This document shows positions 28,830 through 38,798 of a DNA stretch of 64,000 nucleotides, in pieces. Location of the stretch: NCBI GenBank assembly GCA_040751795.1, contig JBFMHR010000003.1, positions 64,001-128,000 on the forward strand, given 5' to 3'. Position 1 is the stretch's first letter. Every line of letters starts with the position of its first letter. This DNA comes from Thermoplasmatota archaeon. GTDB taxonomy: Archaea; Thermoplasmatota; Thermoplasmata; UBA10834. The notes under the pieces were generated by a model. The model ran no database searches and was not told the DNA's origin. It saw only the letters and a program-made list of their open reading frames with translations. Position numbers and translations under genes: made by a program.

Positions 28830-29041
28830 GCTACCTTCCTGACGCATCGAGCGACGCGCTAATACATTTGTTGGTACAACCATATCCCTCGCGGGCGGCG
28901 ACCCTGGAGGACCCCGGCTATATAGATGCCGTAAGGGACCGGACATCAACCGGAGGTACGGTGCCCTACATCTCCACATGAAATCTACGTCCCCAAGGAT
29001 GATGACCGCGGCCGGGCTCTGAAGGTCCAAGAGGCCGAAAT

Positions 29042-30211
29042 ATGGAACAGGCTGAGAAGGACGAGGACGGTGCGGCGGACCGCAAGGTCGTCATGCCGCA
29101 CAAGGGAGGCAACACGACCCTCTACATGTTGGCAGCGGTCGCGGTGGTGGCCGTGATAATCATCGCGGCCTTCGCGACCGGGATCCTGTCGACGGGGTCG
29201 AAGGACAGCGTCACACTGACCGGGGCCGGGGCGACCTTCCCGATGCCGCTGATACTCAAGTGGGCCGACGAGTACTACAACGTGAGCGACGGAGCGGTCA
29301 AGGTCAACTACGGCGGAGGGGGCAGCGGGGCCGGCATAACCCAGATCAAGGAGAAGCAGGTCGACTTCGCCGGCTCGGACGCCCCTCTGAGCGCGGATGA
29401 GTCCTCGACGTACGGACTCGTCCACATACCGGAGACCCTCGGCGCGGTGGTGGTGGCGTTCAACCTGCCGGGCATATCCGCCTTGAAGCTCGACGGGGAC
29501 ACGACCGCGAGGATCTTCATGAAGGACATAACGGCCTGGGACGACCCGGCGATAGCGGCGCAGAACCCCGGAGTGGCCCTGCCGGACGAGTCCATCGCGA
29601 CTGTCGTCAGGTCAGACTCGTCCGGCACGACATTCGTGTTCACCGGGTACCTGGCGATCGTGAGCCCGGAGTTCGACGAACTCTACGGGCAGGGCAAGAC
29701 GGTGGCCTGGCCCGAGGGCACCCTCGCGCAGTCCGGCAACTCCGGCGTCGCGCAGGCGGTCCAGGGCACAAGCTACTCCGTCGGGTACATAGAGCTCGCG
29801 TACGCCCTGGAGAACGACATCGCCTTCGCCCAGATGGAGAACCACGACGGTGCGTACATCACAGCATCCCTGGCGACGACGGCGGCCGCCGCCGCGGCCG
29901 CGGTCCCCACCCTCCCGGCGGGGGACGGGGACTGGTCCGGCGTTCATGTGCTCGACGCGCCGGGGGCCGACTCGTACCCCATCGTCACCTTCACGTACAT
30001 CCTGGTCTACAAGGAGCTGTACAACGAGGACACGGAGATGAACAGGAGCGCTGCCGAGGCCCTCCTGGACTTCCTGTGGTGGGCGGTACATGAGGAGGGG
30101 CAGGCCCTGGCCGGCCCGCTGCAGTACGCGCCGCTGCCCGACGCGGTCGTGGAGCTCAACGAGGAGACGCTGAGGGCGATCACCTACCAGGGCGACACCC
30201 TGATGGACTGA
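29042..30211 (+). CDS. pstS: Phosphate ABC transporter substrate-binding protein
   Basis: GAGATFP, GGGSGAG, DFAGSD, RSDSSGTT; N-terminal TM anchor. Confidence 0.95.
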   Translation: MEQAEKDEDGAADRKVVMPHKGGNTTLYMLAAVAVVAVIIIAAFATGILSTGSKDSVTLTGAGATFPMPLILKWADEYYNVSDGAVKVNYGGGGSGAGITQIKEKQVDFAGSDAPLSADESSTYGLVHIPETLGAVVVAFNLPGISALKLDGDTTARIFMKDITAWDDPAIAAQNPGVALPDESIATVVRSDSSGTTFVFTGYLAIVSPEFDELYGQGKTVAWPEGTLAQSGNSGVAQAVQGTSYSVGYIELAYALENDIAFAQMENHDGAYITASLATTAAAAAAAVPTLPAGDGDWSGVHVLDAPGADSYPIVTFTYILVYKELYNEDTEMNRSAAEALLDFLWWAVHEEGQALAGPLQYAPLPDAVVELNEETLRAITYQGDTLMD

Positions 30212-30302
30212 GGCTGAACCCCCGCAAACCCCTTACCCCGCCTCCGGCCGGAGGGGCCGATGCCCCGCCGCCCGGGAGTGGGACGAAGGTCTGGCGGACG
30301 CT

Positions 30303-31268
30303 ATGTGGACGACGAGGAGGCAGGGAGGCAGAGGGAGGAGGAGCTCCAGCTCCCTCCAGGACAGGCTCTTCAAGTACTCGGTGACGGGCGTGGCCGCGCT
30401 CGTCCTGGCCCTGCTCTGGGGGCTGGTCGTCAAGCTGGTGCTCGACGCCCAGACCTCGATAGGCACCTTCGGGCTCGACTTCCTGACGAGCGACGTGTGG
30501 GACCCCAACAGGGACCTGTACACCGCCCTGCCGTTCATCTTCGGGACACTCATGACCTCTGCGATCGCGATCCTCATCGGCGTCCCAATCAGCATAGGCA
30601 TCGCAGTCTACCTCTCCGAGCTCGCGCCCGCGTGGGTCCGGGAGCCGCTCTCGTTCCTCATCGAGCTCCTGGCGGCGGTGCCGAGCGTCATATACGGCCT
30701 CTGGGCGATATACACCCTCAGGCCGGTGCTCACCGGCTCAGTGGAGCCCTTCCTCATGGACGTCCTGGGCTGGACGCCATTCTTCGAGGGGGCGGCGTTC
30801 GGGATCGACAAGCTCGCCGCCGGCGTCATACTGGCGGTGATGATCATCCCGACGGTCGCATCGGTCTCCAAGGAGAGCATGATGGCCGTCCCGGACTCCC
30901 AGAGGGAGGCGGCCCTCAGCCTGGGGGCGACCAGGTACGAGTCCACCCGGATGGCCGTGCTCACGTACGCCCGCTCCGGCATCTTCGGGGCAGCCATACT
31001 CGGCCTGGGTAGGGCGATCGGCGAGACCATGGCCGTGACCATGACCATCGGGAACGCCAACCTCATATCGTGGTCCCTGCTCGACCCCGGCCAGACGATG
31101 GCCAGCGTCATCGCGAACAACTGGGGCGAGGCGGACGGGCTGATGCTCTCGTCCCTCATCGAGATAGGCGTCGTCCTGTTCCTGGTGGCGCTCGTGGTCA
31201 ACGTCTTCGCGCGGCTGATGGTCGGGCGCGTGATGAAGTCGGTCCACATGACGGGAGGGGGACTGTGA
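30303..31268 (+). CDS. pstC: Phosphate ABC transporter permease PstC
   Basis: [34 protein letters not shown]. Confidence 0.95.
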   Translation: MWTTRRQGGRGRRSSSSLQDRLFKYSVTGVAALVLALLWGLVVKLVLDAQTSIGTFGLDFLTSDVWDPNRDLYTALPFIFGTLMTSAIAILIGVPISIGIAVYLSELAPAWVREPLSFLIELLAAVPSVIYGLWAIYTLRPVLTGSVEPFLMDVLGWTPFFEGAAFGIDKLAAGVILAVMIIPTVASVSKESMMAVPDSQREAALSLGATRYESTRMAVLTYARSGIFGAAILGLGRAIGETMAVTMTIGNANLISWSLLDPGQTMASVIANNWGEADGLMLSSLIEIGVVLFLVALVVNVFARLMVGRVMKSVHMTGGGL

Positions 31269-32149
31269 GGGGGAACAGGGCCCGGAGGCTGAAGGACCGG
31301 GCCGCCTCCCTGGTCGCCCTGGGGTGCGTCCTGATAGCCCTGGTCCCCCTCGTCTCGATACTCATAGAGGTGATAAGCAGGGGCGCCCCCGCGATAGACT
31401 GGACCTTCCTGACGGAGCGCACCAAGAGCGCGGGCTCCGCCGACTCTGGGATCGGGAACGCCATCCTCGGGTCCCTCCTCCTCGTGATGTGGGCGTCGCT
31501 AATAGGCCTCCCGCTCGGGATACTCACCGGGGTGTACGTGTCCGAGTACGGCGACAACCGGTTCGGGAGGACCGTCAGGTTCTTCAACGACATACTGGCC
31601 AACTTCCCATCGATAGTCATAGGCCTGTTCGCCTACTCCCTCATAGTGACGGTCGTCGGCTTCTCCATGGTCTCCGGCGCGTTCGCACTGGCGGTCATCA
31701 TGGTGCCAATAGTCGCGAACACCACGGAGGAGTCGCTCAGGATGGTCCCCAACTCCCTGAGGGAGGCGTCCCTGGCGCTGGGCGTCCCGAGGTGGAGGAC
31801 GGTCCTCAAGGTCATCATATCCAACGGGAGGTCGGGGCTCGTGACCGGCGCGCTGCTGGCAATAGCGAGGGTCGCCGGGGAGACCGCCCCGCTCATACTC
31901 ACGTCGTTCGGCAACAGCTTCTGGGAGACGGGGCTGACGGAGCCCGTCGCAGCCCTCCCGCTCGTGATATTCAGGAACGCCATGTCGCCATACGCCGACC
32001 TGCAGGAGCAGGCGTGGGGGGCTGCGCTCGTCCTGATAGCCATGGTGCTGTCGCTGAACATCGTCGTAAGGCTCCTGACGAGGAAGAGGCTGAAGAGCTT
32101 CAAGGCGGTGAAGAAGGCATGGAAGGCAAGGTCGTCACAGAGCGTCTGA
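31265..32149 (+). CDS. pstA: Phosphate ABC transporter permease PstA
   Basis: [30 protein letters not shown] overlap with pstC. Confidence 0.93.
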   Translation: MRGNRARRLKDRAASLVALGCVLIALVPLVSILIEVISRGAPAIDWTFLTERTKSAGSADSGIGNAILGSLLLVMWASLIGLPLGILTGVYVSEYGDNRFGRTVRFFNDILANFPSIVIGLFAYSLIVTVVGFSMVSGAFALAVIMVPIVANTTEESLRMVPNSLREASLALGVPRWRTVLKVIISNGRSGLVTGALLAIARVAGETAPLILTSFGNSFWETGLTEPVAALPLVIFRNAMSPYADLQEQAWGAALVLIAMVLSLNIVVRLLTRKRLKSFKAVKKAWKARSSQSV

Positions 32150-32877
32150 ACGCGTTCTTCGGCGAGGTCCACGCGGTGAAGAACGTCAACATGGCCATCC
32201 CAGCGAACGCGATTACGGCCATCATAGGCCCGTCCGGGTGCGGGAAATCCACCCTCATCAGGTGCGTCAACAGGATGCACGAGGTGGTCAGGGGGGCCCG
32301 CGTCGCCGGGAGGGTCCTCCTCGACGGCGAGGACATATACGGACCGGGGGTCGACCCGGTCGAGGTGAGGCGCAAGGTCGGGATGGTCTTCCAGAAGCCG
32401 AACCCCTTCCCGACCATGTCCATCTACGACAACGTCGTCGCCGGTCAACGGCTGAACGGGGAGAAGGACTGGAAGAGGCTGGACGCGGCCGTCGAGAGGA
32501 GCCTCAAGCTCGCGGCGCTGTGGGACGAGGTGAAGGACCACCTGGACGCGTCGGGCGTGAGCATCTCCGGGGGGCAGCAGCAGAGGCTGTGCATCGCGCG
32601 CGCCCTCGCGGTCGAGCCCGAGGTGCTGCTGCTCGACGAGCCGTGCTCCGCGCTTGACCCGATAGCCACGGCGAAGATCGAGGACCTGCTCTTCGACCTG
32701 AAGGACCGGTACACGGTGGCCATCGTGACGCACAACATGCAGCAGGCGGCGAGGGTCGCGGACTTCACAGCCTTCATGTACATGGGCGAGCTCATAGAGT
32801 TCGGGGAGACGAAGCGGCTGTTCGAGAACCCGGAGGAGGAGCTCACGGAGAAGTACATCACAGGGAGGTTCGGCTGA
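32119..32877 (+). CDS. pstB: Phosphate ABC transporter ATPase
   Basis: [43 protein letters not shown]. Confidence 0.96.
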   Translation: MEGKVVTERLNAFFGEVHAVKNVNMAIPANAITAIIGPSGCGKSTLIRCVNRMHEVVRGARVAGRVLLDGEDIYGPGVDPVEVRRKVGMVFQKPNPFPTMSIYDNVVAGQRLNGEKDWKRLDAAVERSLKLAALWDEVKDHLDASGVSISGGQQQRLCIARALAVEPEVLLLDEPCSALDPIATAKIEDLLFDLKDRYTVAIVTHNMQQAARVADFTAFMYMGELIEFGETKRLFENPEEELTEKYITGRFG

Positions 32878-32878
32878 G

Positions 32879-33535
32879 ATGAGCCCGAGGAAGGTATACA
32901 TGAACGAGCTCGCGGAGCTGGACGGGCTCGTGGCCGCGATGGCGAAGAAGACGAGCGAGGCGATCGAGCTGGCCGTGAGGTCGTTCGAGGACCTCGACCT
33001 CGAGAAGGTCAGGCAGGTCGAGCGGCTGGACAAGGAGCTGTACGAGCTCAACATCGACATCGAGAAGAGGTGCCTCGAGGTCATCGCCCTCCAGTCCCCC
33101 GTCGCGAAGGACCTGAGGGCCATAGGCACCTACCTCAAGGTCATCACGGACTTCGACAGGATAGGCAGGTACGCGTACGACATCGCGGAGGTCGCAGCGC
33201 GGTCGGTGGAGATGTCCCACTTCAAGCCCCTCGTGAGCATCCCCCACATGGCCAAGATGGCGGAGGAGATGGTCGACCTCTCCGTCCATGCGTTCCTGGA
33301 GAGGGACACCGGGCCGACCAAGAGGGTCTTCGAGCTGGAGGACCGGGTCGACTCTCTCTACGACGAGATCTTCCGGGAGATCATCACATACATGATGGAG
33401 GACTCGAGGAAGATAACCCTCGGCATCAACTACACCCTGGTCGCGAGGTACCTCGAGCGGATAGGCGACCACGCGTGCAACATCTCAGAGCGGGTCATAT
33501 ACATGGTCACCGGCGAGAGGGTCGTGAAGGAGTAG
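32879..33535 (+). CDS. phoU: Phosphate signalling complex protein PhoU
   Basis: QSPVAKDLR, DFDRIG, ERIGDHACNISE. Confidence 0.95.
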   Translation: MSPRKVYMNELAELDGLVAAMAKKTSEAIELAVRSFEDLDLEKVRQVERLDKELYELNIDIEKRCLEVIALQSPVAKDLRAIGTYLKVITDFDRIGRYAYDIAEVAARSVEMSHFKPLVSIPHMAKMAEEMVDLSVHAFLERDTGPTKRVFELEDRVDSLYDEIFREIITYMMEDSRKITLGINYTLVARYLERIGDHACNISERVIYMVTGERVVKE

Positions 33536-33539
33536 GCCC

Positions 33540-34283
33540 TCACAGCCTGTCCAGGTTGCGCATCATCACCGACATCACCTGCGCCAGGTTCCCGTCCCTG
33601 TCGTAGCTCTTGACGGCCTTCTCGGCCGCCTCAGGGTCGTCCCTGAGGTCCTCCACCTGCCTCAGTATCTCCGGGACGGCCTTGGTCACCTCGTCCACCA
33701 CCGTGACGGTGGCGTTCCTCGAGGTCCTCGACATCGGGTTGAGGTCGATGGCTATCGTCTCCTTGCCCATGCGCGCGAGCGCCTCGGCCCTGTCGCCGTC
33801 CTCGAGCGGTATGAGCACGACGTCGGCCGCGTAGATGCCCTCGCTCGAGCACAGCCCACGCATGCTCTCAAGTCCCGGGATCTTCGCGTCGGGCAGGAAC
33901 CCCAGGACATCCTTCGCCCCGTGGCTCCTGAGCCGGTCGGCGATCTTCGCGACGCGCTGGTCGCTCCGGTGGAAGAGCCCCACCTCCACCCTGGCACCCG
34001 ACGCCTCCGCGAGCTCGACGACCTCCTTGGGGCACAGCGCGGCGACGTTGCCGTTCACGGATATCACGGGCCTCTCCGCGCGCAGCAGCAGGGCGGCGGC
34101 CGCCTTCGCCGCGACCCTGGCCTCCTTGGTGGTCCTCTCCCCGAGGAAGTAGTAGAACATCTCGCCCCTGCCGTGGGCGATCAGCCCCTGCGGGACCACC
34201 AGGCCCTCGTTGAACCCCTCGACGAGGCGTTCCCTGAGCATCAGGGACGCGTACCGGGGGTGCGCCTTGGGAATCTCAGACAT
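33540..34283 (-). CDS. 4-phosphopantoate--beta-alanine ligase (archaeal phosphopantothenate synthetase)
   Basis: IPKAHPRY.SL, GLIAHGRGE, VISVNGN, PLEDGDR, IDLNPMSRT; start ATG 34283. Confidence 0.92.
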   Translation of the reverse strand: MSEIPKAHPRYASLMLRERLVEGFNEGLVVPQGLIAHGRGEMFYYFLGERTTKEARVAAKAAAALLLRAERPVISVNGNVAALCPKEVVELAEASGARVEVGLFHRSDQRVAKIADRLRSHGAKDVLGFLPDAKIPGLESMRGLCSSEGIYAADVVLIPLEDGDRAEALARMGKETIAIDLNPMSRTSRNATVTVVDEVTKAVPEILRQVEDLRDDPEAAEKAVKSYDRDGNLAQVMSVMMRNLDRL

Positions 34284-34349
34284 GGCATTCCTTCTCATGC
34301 GCCCGCGCACTATAGATGGGGTGCTCGGCGACGACCCGGAAGGATGCTC

Positions 34350-34421
34350 AAACCTTATATACCTTGAGAAAAACATTATATATAACATTGTACATAGGGC
34401 GCACAACAAAACTTATAAAAA
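34350..34421. promoter_or_regulatory. AT-rich divergent promoter region (PPS gene versus gar1-tfb)
   Basis: Several TATA-like boxes (CTTATATA, TTATATATAA, CTTATAAAA) in a GC-rich genome. Confidence 0.6.
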
Positions 34422-34428
34422 TGATTCG

Positions 34429-34698
34429 GTGAAGGCGGTGCAGCTCCTCGGCGTGGTTCAGGACATATCTCACGACGGGCGGCTCATCGTCAAGGCGCGG
34501 TTCGCACCGGTCATGAAGTCTGTAGTTAGGGACAACGTCAAGGGGGAGGTCGGGAGAGTAGTGAAGGTGTTCGGACCGGTCCGGGCCCCGTACGTTGCCA
34601 TCGAACCGAGGAAGGAGATGCGGACCCTTGCTGTGCTCGGCAAGGAGGTCTACGTCGAACAGGAGAGGTACCATGGCAAAGGTAAGAGAGGAGACTGA
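34429..34698 (+). CDS. gar1: H/ACA RNP component Gar1/Naf1
   Basis: LG.V..I...GRLIV...[16 protein letters not shown]; located directly upstream of tfb as is common in archaea. Confidence 0.85.
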   Translation: MKAVQLLGVVQDISHDGRLIVKARFAPVMKSVVRDNVKGEVGRVVKVFGPVRAPYVAIEPRKEMRTLAVLGKEVYVEQERYHGKGKRGD

Positions 34699-35605
34699 GC
34701 AGATCGAGAGATGCCCTGAGTGCAACAGCTCTCACCTGGTGAGGGACTACGAGCGCGGAGAGCTCGTCTGCGAGGACTGCGGCATAGTCCTCGACGACCA
34801 GCTCATCGATCAGGGCCCCGAATGGAGAGCCTTCGATGTGGAGCAGGGGGAGAAGCGCGCCAGGACGGGCGCACCGATGACCTACACCATACACGACAAG
34901 GGCCTGTCCACCGAGATCTCCTGGAAGAACAAGGACTCGTACGGGAAGAGCATCCCGACGCGGAACAGGGCGCAGCTGTACCGTCTCAGGAAGTGGCAGC
35001 GCAGGATCAGGGTCTCCAACGCCACTGAGAGGAACCTGGCCTTCGCGCTGAGTGAGCTGGACAGGATGGCCTCGTCCATGGGCCTCCCGAGGAACGTGAG
35101 GGAGACGGCGGCCATGACCTACAGGAAGGCCGTCAACAAGAACCTCATCAGGGGCAGGAGCATAGAGGGCGTCGTCGCGGCGTCGCTGTACGCGGCCTGC
35201 AGGCAGTGCAACGTGCCCAGGACCCTGGACGAGGTCGCCAACTCCTCGAGGGTCGGCAGGAAGGAGATCGGCAGGACCTACAGGTTCATGACGCGCGAGC
35301 TCAAGCTCAAGCTGATGCCGACGAAGCCCCAGGACTACGTGTCCAGGTTCTGCTCGGAGCTGAAGCTCTCGGGCGAGGTGCAGTCCAAGGCGACCGAGAT
35401 ACTGAAGGACGCCGCCAAGAAGGAGCTCACCTCCGGGAGGGGGCCGACTGGAGTCGCCGCGGCCGCGATATACATCTCCAGCATCCTGTGCAACGAGCGC
35501 AGGACGCAGAGGGAGGTCGCGGACATAGCGGGCGTCACCGAGGTCACCATCAGGAACCGCTACAAGGAGCTCACCGAGAAGCTGGGCATAGAGGTCCAGC
35601 TCTGA
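34673..35605 (+). CDS. tfb: Transcription initiation factor IIB
   Basis: Zn ribbon [17 protein letters not shown], two cyclin repeats, [13 protein letters not shown]. Confidence 0.97.
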   Translation: MAKVREETEQIERCPECNSSHLVRDYERGELVCEDCGIVLDDQLIDQGPEWRAFDVEQGEKRARTGAPMTYTIHDKGLSTEISWKNKDSYGKSIPTRNRAQLYRLRKWQRRIRVSNATERNLAFALSELDRMASSMGLPRNVRETAAMTYRKAVNKNLIRGRSIEGVVAASLYAACRQCNVPRTLDEVANSSRVGRKEIGRTYRFMTRELKLKLMPTKPQDYVSRFCSELKLSGEVQSKATEILKDAAKKELTSGRGPTGVAAAAIYISSILCNERRTQREVADIAGVTEVTIRNRYKELTEKLGIEVQL

Positions 35606-35736
35606 GGTCCGCAGAAACCACTTCCGCTAAATCCCTTCCTTCTGTTTCTTCCACGGGGCCCTGGCACCGCCACGTCGCGGCGGTAGAGAGGACATGTTTT
35701 TAAGGCGCGCTGACCTTTGCCGGAGCGGGGACGAAC

Positions 35737-36747
35737 GTGATAAGGATCGGTGTCAACGGTTTCGGAAGGATCGGCAGGAACGTCTACAGGGCGGCGCTCG
35801 AGAGCGGGCGCATGGGCAAGGACTTCGAGATCGTCGCCGTCAACGACATAGTGCCCGTCGACTCCCTCGCCTACCTCCTCAAGTACGACTCCGTCTACGG
35901 CAAGCTCGACGTCGACTGCCGCGCGGACGGGAGCGGCGTCAAGGTCGGCCAGCACCGGTTCGAGGCGACCCAGTGCAAGGACCCAGTGGAGATACCGTGG
36001 GCGAGGCTCGGCGCCGACGTCGTCATCGAGTCGACCGGCCTCTTCACCGAGAGGGAGAAGGCCGCCAAGCACCTCGCCGCGGGGGCGCGCAAGGTCGTCA
36101 TATCGGCCCCCGCCAAGGGGCCCGACGTGACTGTCGTCCTCGGCGTCAACTTCGACATGTACGACAGGGCGAAGCACGACGTGATCTCGATGGCCTCGTG
36201 CACGACCGGGAGCCTGGCCCCGCCCGCGAAGGTCATCAACGACCGGTTCGGCATCGAGACCGGGATGATGACCACGATACACGCCTACACCGGCGACCAG
36301 AGGCTCGTCGACACCCCACACAAGGACCCGAGGCGGGCCAGGGCCGCCGCGCTGTCCATCATCCCGACATCTACCGGGGCCGCGAAGGCCATAGGCGAGG
36401 TCATACCCGCGCTGAAGGGGAGGATGAACGGCCTGGCCCTCAGGGTCCCGACCCCTGTCGGCTCGGTCACCGACCTCAGCTTCTTGACCAGGGAAGAGGT
36501 CACCGCGGAGGACATCAACGGCGCGCTCAGGGCCGCCGCCGAGGGCCCGATGAAGGGCGTCATGGAGTACTGCGTCGACCCGATAGTCTCCTCGGACATC
36601 GTGGGCAACACCCACTCCAGCGTAATCGACTCGCCCTCCACCATGGTCATAGGCGGGAAGGGCAGGTTCGCGAAGATCCTCTCCTGGTACGACAACGAGT
36701 GGGGCTACGCCAACAGGCTCGTCGAGCTGGCCCCCAGGCTCCTCTGA
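35737..36747 (+). CDS. gap: Glyceraldehyde-3-phosphate dehydrogenase, class I (bacterial-type)
   Basis: GVNGFGRIGR, IESTGLF, ASCTT, PTSTGAAKA, RVPTP, SWYDNEWGY. Confidence 0.95.
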   Translation: MIRIGVNGFGRIGRNVYRAALESGRMGKDFEIVAVNDIVPVDSLAYLLKYDSVYGKLDVDCRADGSGVKVGQHRFEATQCKDPVEIPWARLGADVVIESTGLFTEREKAAKHLAAGARKVVISAPAKGPDVTVVLGVNFDMYDRAKHDVISMASCTTGSLAPPAKVINDRFGIETGMMTTIHAYTGDQRLVDTPHKDPRRARAAALSIIPTSTGAAKAIGEVIPALKGRMNGLALRVPTPVGSVTDLSFLTREEVTAEDINGALRAAAEGPMKGVMEYCVDPIVSSDIVGNTHSSVIDSPSTMVIGGKGRFAKILSWYDNEWGYANRLVELAPRLL

Positions 36748-36802
36748 GCCGGGGCTTCCCAGGGATACCGTCGACTAGGACCGCACGGCTAGCAGGAACG
36801 CC

Positions 36803-36961
36803 ATGGTTCCGTGCCACGGCTGCGACAGGTTCGGGACGGGGTGCAGGGGGATAGTCCCGCCCATGGAATACAGGGACACGATCGACCAGTACCGCAGGCT
36901 CTTCAAGCCGCACTCCTGGCAGGACGAGCTCCACAAGCCCGGCATGAGGTCGAGGGATTGA
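36803..36961 (+). CDS. Small Cys-containing hypothetical protein, 52 aa (not in ORF track)
   Basis: MVPCHGCDRFGTGCRGIVPPMEYRDTIDQYRRLFKPHSWQDELHKPGMRSRD; fills the gap between gap and endA, with its stop abutting the endA stop. Confidence 0.55.
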   Translation: MVPCHGCDRFGTGCRGIVPPMEYRDTIDQYRRLFKPHSWQDELHKPGMRSRD

Positions 36962-38017
36962 TCACGGCCTGAACCTGCTCAGGCTCACGTACTCCACCTG
37001 CTTCTTCGTGACGCGCCCTAGGAGTATCTCCTTCTTGACGCCGTGCGCGAGCCGCACCGCGCGGCTCACCTCCGGCCACATGGTCGTGTACTCCTCCGGC
37101 ACAGCATGGACCAGGTAGCGCGCATGCGTCTTGTCCGGGTCGCCCTCGTACGCCCTGAAGTGGGAGCCGTACTTGAACCCGGTCTTGACCACCATCCCCC
37201 TGCCCTTCATGTCCTTGAAGGCGCTCAGGCGGAGGTCGAAGTCCGGCTGGACGGCCCTCGCGCGCTTCTTGAGGGCGGGGAGGCCGACCGGCTTGTTGGT
37301 CTTGGCGTCCCTGAGCTTCAGGGCGCCGAGCTCCACAAGGAAGGAGGCCTCGATCAGAGAGAGCTGGAGGCCCGGCCCTATCCTCTTCCCGAAGAAGTGG
37401 CCCCCGTGCAGGGCGGCGGCCGAGGCGTCGTCGTCGACCAGGACCCTGTCGGCCATCATCAGCGCCTCGTGCGCGGAGCTGAGGTCGACCGCGCCCAGCC
37501 TCCCCCTCGGCACGACGCGCCTGACCTCGTAGTACGTGACGTCGCTCTCCTCGTCCACCACCGCGAGCAGCAGGTTCTTCCTCACGTCCGAGGTCCTGTC
37601 CAGGTGCTCGAGCAGGTCTCCCAGGTCGAACGTGGAGCGCTCGGAGATCGCCGCCATCCACCACCTGCTCGGGGTCTTGTTCGGCGAGCCGCCCCTTGGG
37701 AAGACCCTGAAGTCGAGCGGGGGCGAGCTGGTCTTGACGATGTAGCCGCGCTGCCTCATCTCCCTGTACACCAGGTACCTGACCTCGAAGCCCTCGGAGG
37801 CGAGGTGGCCCCTGCGCAGCAGCTCGGCCGCGGGGATCTCGGCCCCGCCATCGGCGACCTTGAGCCGGCCCGACTCGACCAGATATATCGCCTCCATGAG
37901 CTCGAGCTTGAGGGCGCCCCCCGACTGCGGGGCCCCGTAGGACCCCTTGTTGTGTATCTGGCTTGCCTCCGCTGGGTCCCCGACCATGACTGAGTCGCCG
38001 ACCAGCGTCCCGCTCAT
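36962..38017 (-). CDS. endA: tRNA-splicing endonuclease, two-unit (alpha2) type
   Basis: Duplicated units; KTGFKYGSHFRAY, HARYLV, RLAHGVKK; start ATG 38017. Confidence 0.93.
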   Translation of the reverse strand: MSGTLVGDSVMVGDPAEASQIHNKGSYGAPQSGGALKLELMEAIYLVESGRLKVADGGAEIPAAELLRRGHLASEGFEVRYLVYREMRQRGYIVKTSSPPLDFRVFPRGGSPNKTPSRWWMAAISERSTFDLGDLLEHLDRTSDVRKNLLLAVVDEESDVTYYEVRRVVPRGRLGAVDLSSAHEALMMADRVLVDDDASAAALHGGHFFGKRIGPGLQLSLIEASFLVELGALKLRDAKTNKPVGLPALKKRARAVQPDFDLRLSAFKDMKGRGMVVKTGFKYGSHFRAYEGDPDKTHARYLVHAVPEEYTTMWPEVSRAVRLAHGVKKEILLGRVTKKQVEYVSLSRFRP

Positions 38018-38211
38018 CGGGCGAGCATATCGCCGTTCCGTATAATTAGTTCTCCACGGGCCGGCCCGGGGACGGGGCGGCCGCGGACACGTGCCAGCGG
38101 CACGGCGGCCTCCGCCGGGCCCCAGAAAGCATCGTAGCAAGCATTATATAGAAGCGCAAACATAATCGAAACCCTAGCCTCAGAAGTCTGAAGAACGGAG
38201 GTGAGAGAAGC

Positions 38212-38715
38212 ATGATCCGAAGGAGAGACAAGAAGGAGGGCGTGGTGCCAAGGGACTACTGGGACCAGACATGGACCAGCCCGTGGACCATGCTGAGCGA
38301 CATGGACCGCGTCTTCGACGACTTCAGGTCCGAGTGGGAGAGCCTGTTCCTCGTCCCGAGGGCCCAGGGCGCAGCGGCCGTGAGGCAGCCCCTGGTCGAC
38401 CTGGCCGACAACGGCAAGGAGTACCTCGTCAAGGCCGAGATCCCGGGGATAAGCAAGGAGGGGCTCAAGATCGAGGTCACCCAGGACAGCCTCGAGATCT
38501 CCGGTGAGACCGATGTCGAGGAGAAGGAGGAGGACGAGGAGGCGGGCTACATCCGGAGGGAGAGGCGGTACTCGATGTTCCACAGGACCCTCCCGCTCCC
38601 CGAGAACGTCCTCACGGACAAGGTCGAGGCGGAGCTGAAGGACGGCGTGCTCACCGTCAAGCTGCCGAAGGCCGCTCCGCCGGAGAAGAAGTCCAAGAAG
38701 GTCCCCGTCAAGTGA
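38212..38715 (+). CDS. Hsp20/alpha-crystallin small heat shock protein
   Basis: PLVDL, AEIPG, ERRY..F.R...LP, AELKDGVLTVKLPK; GGAGGTGA SD. Confidence 0.95.
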   Translation: MIRRRDKKEGVVPRDYWDQTWTSPWTMLSDMDRVFDDFRSEWESLFLVPRAQGAAAVRQPLVDLADNGKEYLVKAEIPGISKEGLKIEVTQDSLEISGETDVEEKEEDEEAGYIRRERRYSMFHRTLPLPENVLTDKVEAELKDGVLTVKLPKAAPPEKKSKKVPVK

Positions 38716-38798
38716 GCCCGCGGCCACCGCCGCGGACCTCAAACCCATTCCAGTTCCAAGTCAACGGCGAGACCCACCGGTCAGTCAAGGTGTCATAG

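Noticed and set aside
29876-29903. GCC/GCG-rich run in pstS
   Set aside because: Encodes a poly-Ala stretch of the protein; not an independent repeat.
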